This document shows, piece after piece, positions 57,832 to 61,140 of a DNA stretch of 61,140 bases; position 1 is the stretch's first letter; every line of letters begins with the position of its first letter. Source of the stretch: a virus (Duplodnaviria; Caudoviricetes); the IMG/VR virus record IMGVR_UViG_3300011113_000522, positions 1-61,140 of that record; one strand, written 5' to 3'. A model generated the notes under the pieces. That model was not told the DNA's origin and did no database searches. It worked only from the letters and a program-made list of their open reading frames with translations. Position numbers and translations under genes: made by a program.

Positions 57832-59054
57832 TGCCTAGATTAAATAGACAAAATATAGATCGTAAAACAAATAAGCCAAACCCTGCAAAAACAGAAGGTT
57901 TGACTGACGATCTATTGTTAAATAGAGCTTTACAAACAAGACGAGATGATGATGTTATACGCACTCGACAGCGAACTATATATGATATTGACTTTGCAAT
58001 CAAATGGTTTTTAGACAATGAAATACAACCACAAATTGTAGCTAACAGCCAAACGATAAATGTTCCAGTAATTTTTGCCAATGGCGAAAAATGGGATAAT
58101 GTACGCCGTTTAGGTTATATTCGAGATGAAAAAGGAATGTTGCAGTCGCCATTGATCATGATTAAACGAAGCAGCGTTCAAGAAAGAGATGCGCAGCGCA
58201 CATTAGATGTTAATCGTCCTAATACAGGAAATTACATTGTATATAAAAGTAAATACAATGAACGTAATCGTTATGAAGATGAATTATTTCCAATTCCTAA
58301 AAACATACCACAAGAATCTGAAAAATTTTATATTATAGATATTCCTAAGTATGTTACTATAGAATATGAATTATTAATGTGGTGCGATTTTACTAATCAA
58401 ATGAATTCATTAGTAGATCAAATATTACCATATGGTCGGTTTTCTTGGGGAAATGAAGGCAATAAATTTCCAACTGCAATTGGGTCGATATCATTTGAAA
58501 CTGTAAATACAATTGGAGAGGACCGTTTAGTGCGAGCTACAATACCGATAACCGTGCAAGCAACGTTGCTATCGGAACAAGAAGCACGGATATCTACCGT
58601 TAAAAAAATGTATTCAATTAAAAAAGTTGTATTTGAAAACACAATCGATGTTGGATATAATATATTTGAAACAACACAAATACCCGTGCAATTGTTACAA
58701 ATGCAATCTGTTATTACAAGCGGAGGTATTATCAATGTTGCTGGAGGTGGTGCCGCTGCATCAATTAACGCACAAGCAATGAATTACCTAACAAATTTAA
58801 CAGAGCAACTTGCAACATATGTTTCAGTAACCACCGTAAGCATATCAGCATTTGCTGCAATCAATCCAGTAACGACTGCTGTTGCTAGCAAAAATGAATT
58901 TGATGTGTTTATTAACGGACAATATATTGACAAAGTAGTATATACGTGGACGCCTAGTGATGTTGCTGCACAAACAATCATATTCAACACTGCAACATTA
59001 GGATATACATTAAATGCTCAAGATGTAATTGTAGTTAAAGGGAGGTGGGCTTAA
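57831..59054 (+). CDS. Tail terminator/sheath stabiliser (gp15-like) with C-terminal extension
   Basis: VPVIFA..EKW; P.YVTIEYEL..W....QMN.LV.QILPY. Confidence 0.6.
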   Translation: MPRLNRQNIDRKTNKPNPAKTEGLTDDLLLNRALQTRRDDDVIRTRQRTIYDIDFAIKWFLDNEIQPQIVANSQTINVPVIFANGEKWDNVRRLGYIRDEKGMLQSPLIMIKRSSVQERDAQRTLDVNRPNTGNYIVYKSKYNERNRYEDELFPIPKNIPQESEKFYIIDIPKYVTIEYELLMWCDFTNQMNSLVDQILPYGRFSWGNEGNKFPTAIGSISFETVNTIGEDRLVRATIPITVQATLLSEQEARISTVKKMYSIKKVVFENTIDVGYNIFETTQIPVQLLQMQSVITSGGIINVAGGGAAASINAQAMNYLTNLTEQLATYVSVTTVSISAFAAINPVTTAVASKNEFDVFINGQYIDKVVYTWTPSDVAAQTIIFNTATLGYTLNAQDVIVVKGRWA

Positions 59055-59383
59055 TGGCACGGCAATTTAGACCCGGACAATTACAGACCGGATCGTTGTA
59101 TAATATTTCTTCAAGTTATGCAGTTACAGCATCATTTGCTTTAAACGGTGGAGGCGGAGCGCTATTTCCATTTTCGGGTAGTGCAGTAATTACTGGGTCA
59201 TTAGAGATTAAAAGCGATGTTAATGATATATTTTTAATTAAAAATTTTAATAATCAACCCATATTAACAGTATCGCAAAGTGGCGTTATTGTAGTAGCAA
59301 CACAAAGTATAGATCCAATAGGCACAGCACCAAATGGAGCAATTTATTTTACGTCTGCATCTTTTTTTGTAGGTTTAGATTGA
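59054..59383 (+). CDS. Small tail-fibre-associated protein
   Basis: SSSYAVTASFAL and FPFSGSAVITGSL motifs. Confidence 0.6.
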   Translation: MARQFRPGQLQTGSLYNISSSYAVTASFALNGGGGALFPFSGSAVITGSLEIKSDVNDIFLIKNFNNQPILTVSQSGVIVVATQSIDPIGTAPNGAIYFTSASFFVGLD

Positions 59384-59415
59384 TGCCCATATTTATATAA
59401 AATAGGAACATAACA

Positions 59416-59985
59416 ATGGCAACATGGAAAAAGGTAATAGTATCCGGAAGTAACATTTCACAATTGAATAATGATGCGGGCTATATAATATCTGCTATAT
59501 CTTCATCTGTATTATCATCGCCAGCACAAGGCGAAGCACGACTTACTAATAATGGCGTTGCTGGATCTATTATTGATTTAGGTTTACAAACAGGAGACTC
59601 TCCTACATTTGTTGGATTAACATTGACAGGCGATTTAGTTGTACTAGGCACGGCTTCATTTCAAAATACTGCTAATTTACTTGTTGCAGATCGATTTGTA
59701 TTGTTTGCATCAGGCTCTAATACTGCAGGCGATGGTGGTATTGTAGTTCAACAAGGTACGCAAAATATTGGTGAATTGTATGGTTATGATTCTGGTACAA
59801 CGCGTTGGGGATTTACGTCATCATTTGCAGCTTCATCGAATTCATTTACGCCGGTAGTATATGCAGGTGCAGTAGAAACAAGCGTTACAGCACCGTCCCC
59901 GGCACCAATATATGGTGGTTCGGGTAATGGATATGGTACAATACACGTTGATACGTTGAGTGGAGATATTTACATTTATTCTTAA
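59416..59985 (+). CDS. Tail-fibre-related protein
   Basis: MATWKKVIVSGSN N-terminus; PTFVGLTLTGDLVVLG; DGGIVV. Confidence 0.65.
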   Translation: MATWKKVIVSGSNISQLNNDAGYIISAISSSVLSSPAQGEARLTNNGVAGSIIDLGLQTGDSPTFVGLTLTGDLVVLGTASFQNTANLLVADRFVLFASGSNTAGDGGIVVQQGTQNIGELYGYDSGTTRWGFTSSFAASSNSFTPVVYAGAVETSVTAPSPAPIYGGSGNGYGTIHVDTLSGDIYIYS

Positions 59986-59992
59986 AAAAGTT

Positions 59993-60169
59993 ATGAGCAT
60001 AATCGACAAATTAAAATCAAAAACAGAAACAAAAACAGCCTCACAATTATCAAAACAAGAAATTGAATTTTTGTTAGTGCTACTTAAGGATGTTTCTATT
60101 CGTGGAGAACAAGTAGAAACGTTTTACAATATCATATTGAAATTGCAAGAACAATATCTAAAACAGTGA
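59993..60169 (+). CDS. Small helical protein (possible fibre chaperone)
   Basis: MSIIDKLK...LSKQEIEFLL; AAGTTATG start. Confidence 0.6.
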   Translation: MSIIDKLKSKTETKTASQLSKQEIEFLLVLLKDVSIRGEQVETFYNIILKLQEQYLKQ

Positions 60170-60181
60170 TATTTATTATAA

Positions 60182-60245
60182 ATGTTGTAGGCCGCAAGGA
60201 AGTGGGCACACGCACGGCATAAGTGTATGTAACCAACCACAACAT
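60182..60245 (+). ncRNA. Candidate structured cis-regulatory RNA in a tail-fibre gene leader
   Basis: Closing stem AUGUUGU(A)GG/CCACAACAU, CC-GCAA-GG hairpin and a second hairpin; GC-rich island in AT-rich intergenic DNA. Confidence 0.55.
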
Positions 60246-60259
60246 GAAAGGAAAACGAT

Positions 60260-61140
60260 ATGCCGTCTTGGAAAAAAGTCATTACATCTGGCTCTAATGC
60301 CTCGCTAAATTCTTTATATGCTCCTAGCATAACTGGATCATTATTAGGAACAGCATCTTTTGCTATATCCGCATCATATGCACTAACAGCATCATATTCA
60401 AATAATTTACAAATATCAGGTTCAATCAATAATGTAGATTATATTGACTTTAATACAGGATCTGCTACACCTACTTGGAAATCGGGTAGAGTATTTTGGG
60501 ATAATACCGATGGATGTTTAAATGTATATAATGCTGAAGCTGATATTACTTTACAAGTAGGACAAGAAAATTGGACTAAAGTTAGAAATAATACCGGAAC
60601 ATCGATAACAAATGGTACAATTGTAAAAATTATAGGAGCACAAGGCGATGTTCCTACGGTAGAAAGAGCACAGTCTGTAGCTAAATCTGGTAGTATAAAT
60701 ATAGATACGCAGATACTAGGTGTTGCAACGCATACTATTGAAAATAATTCAATTGGGTATGTAACAACTCAAGGATTAGTAAGAGGTTTAAATACGAATG
60801 CATTTAATGATGGCGATACTTTATTTGTAGGTACTGCATCTTCCGGAGTATTGCAAAATACGGCTCCTGTCGCACCATATGAAATTATTCCTGTAGGGGT
60901 TTGCGTTAAAGCAAGTCCTGGTGGAAGTGGTATTATATATGTTGCTGTACAACAACCATTAGACTTTTCCGATTTAAGCACCGTACAAAAGTCAGGCTCT
61001 TACAGTTATGGAGATTTGTGGACTTATGTTCCAAGCGGATCTTTCGGTGTTTGGAAACACACTAATCAACTATCAGGCTCATACGGCGTAACCGGGTCAT
61101 TCTCAGTACAAGACAGCATTGATTCTAGCAATAAATGGTT
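60260..61140 (+). CDS. Tail fibre protein, 3' truncated by the window end (not in ORF track)
   Basis: MPSWKKVITSGSNASL...TGSLLGTASFAISASYALTASY...LQVGQE...NNTGTSITNGT...GYVTTQGLVRGLNT; SD AAAGGA. Confidence 0.8.
   Translation, partial: MPSWKKVITSGSNASLNSLYAPSITGSLLGTASFAISASYALTASYSNNLQISGSINNVDYIDFNTGSATPTWKSGRVFWDNTDGCLNVYNAEADITLQVGQENWTKVRNNTGTSITNGTIVKIIGAQGDVPTVERAQSVAKSGSINIDTQILGVATHTIENNSIGYVTTQGLVRGLNTNAFNDGDTLFVGTASSGVLQNTAPVAPYEIIPVGVCVKASPGGSGIIYVAVQQPLDFSDLSTVQKSGSYSYGDLWTYVPSGSFGVWKHTNQLSGSYGVTGSFSVQDSIDSSNKW

Noticed and set aside
14287-60981. Numerous short minus-strand ORFs antisense to long plus-strand genes
   Set aside because: Antisense shadows without promoters, ribosome-binding sites or recognisable motifs
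1-61140. Stop-codon reassignment, tRNA genes, introns or inteins
   Set aside because: Genes tile densely in the standard code with TAA, TAG and TGA all used as stops; TerL, portal, primase and MCP appear uninterrupted; no tRNA cloverleaf noticed by eye

Overview
This AT-rich, gene-dense 61 kb window is part of a large T4-like (myovirus-type) phage genome read in the standard genetic code. The host is probably a Bacteroidota species, inferred from a Bacteroidota-type bS21, an Hc1-like 'histone H1' and a DUF4494-like gene. The window holds accessory and early genes (ferritin-like protein, SAM methyltransferase, UvsE, HD hydrolase), a gp55-like sigma factor and a baseplate/tail block. It also has an endonuclease I, primase and Mre11-Rad50 fusion block, the head module (TerL, portal, prohead protease, bS21, scaffold, major capsid), PhoH, neck/tail-completion genes and the start of a tail-fibre cluster. 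No tRNA, rRNA, CRISPR array or mobile element was seen. Main unexplained patterns: (1) two promoter classes, ATATTTAT (about 21 intergenic copies) and TTGGAW-N17-TAWWWT (5 copies), largely paired with two translation-initiation classes (SD versus A-rich/AAGTTATG), plus a phage bS21 under the second promoter; (2) many non-structural proteins with an N-terminal LxxL(L/I)xE leader resembling prohead-protease sites, suggesting capsid-packaged cargo (kinase, peptidase, nucleotidyltransferase-ligase polyprotein); (3) a pervasive [ST]-[GASQ]-S motif in external virion proteins; (4) several structured RNA candidates, the best at 60182-60245. All functional calls come from motif recognition by eye; no searches were run.
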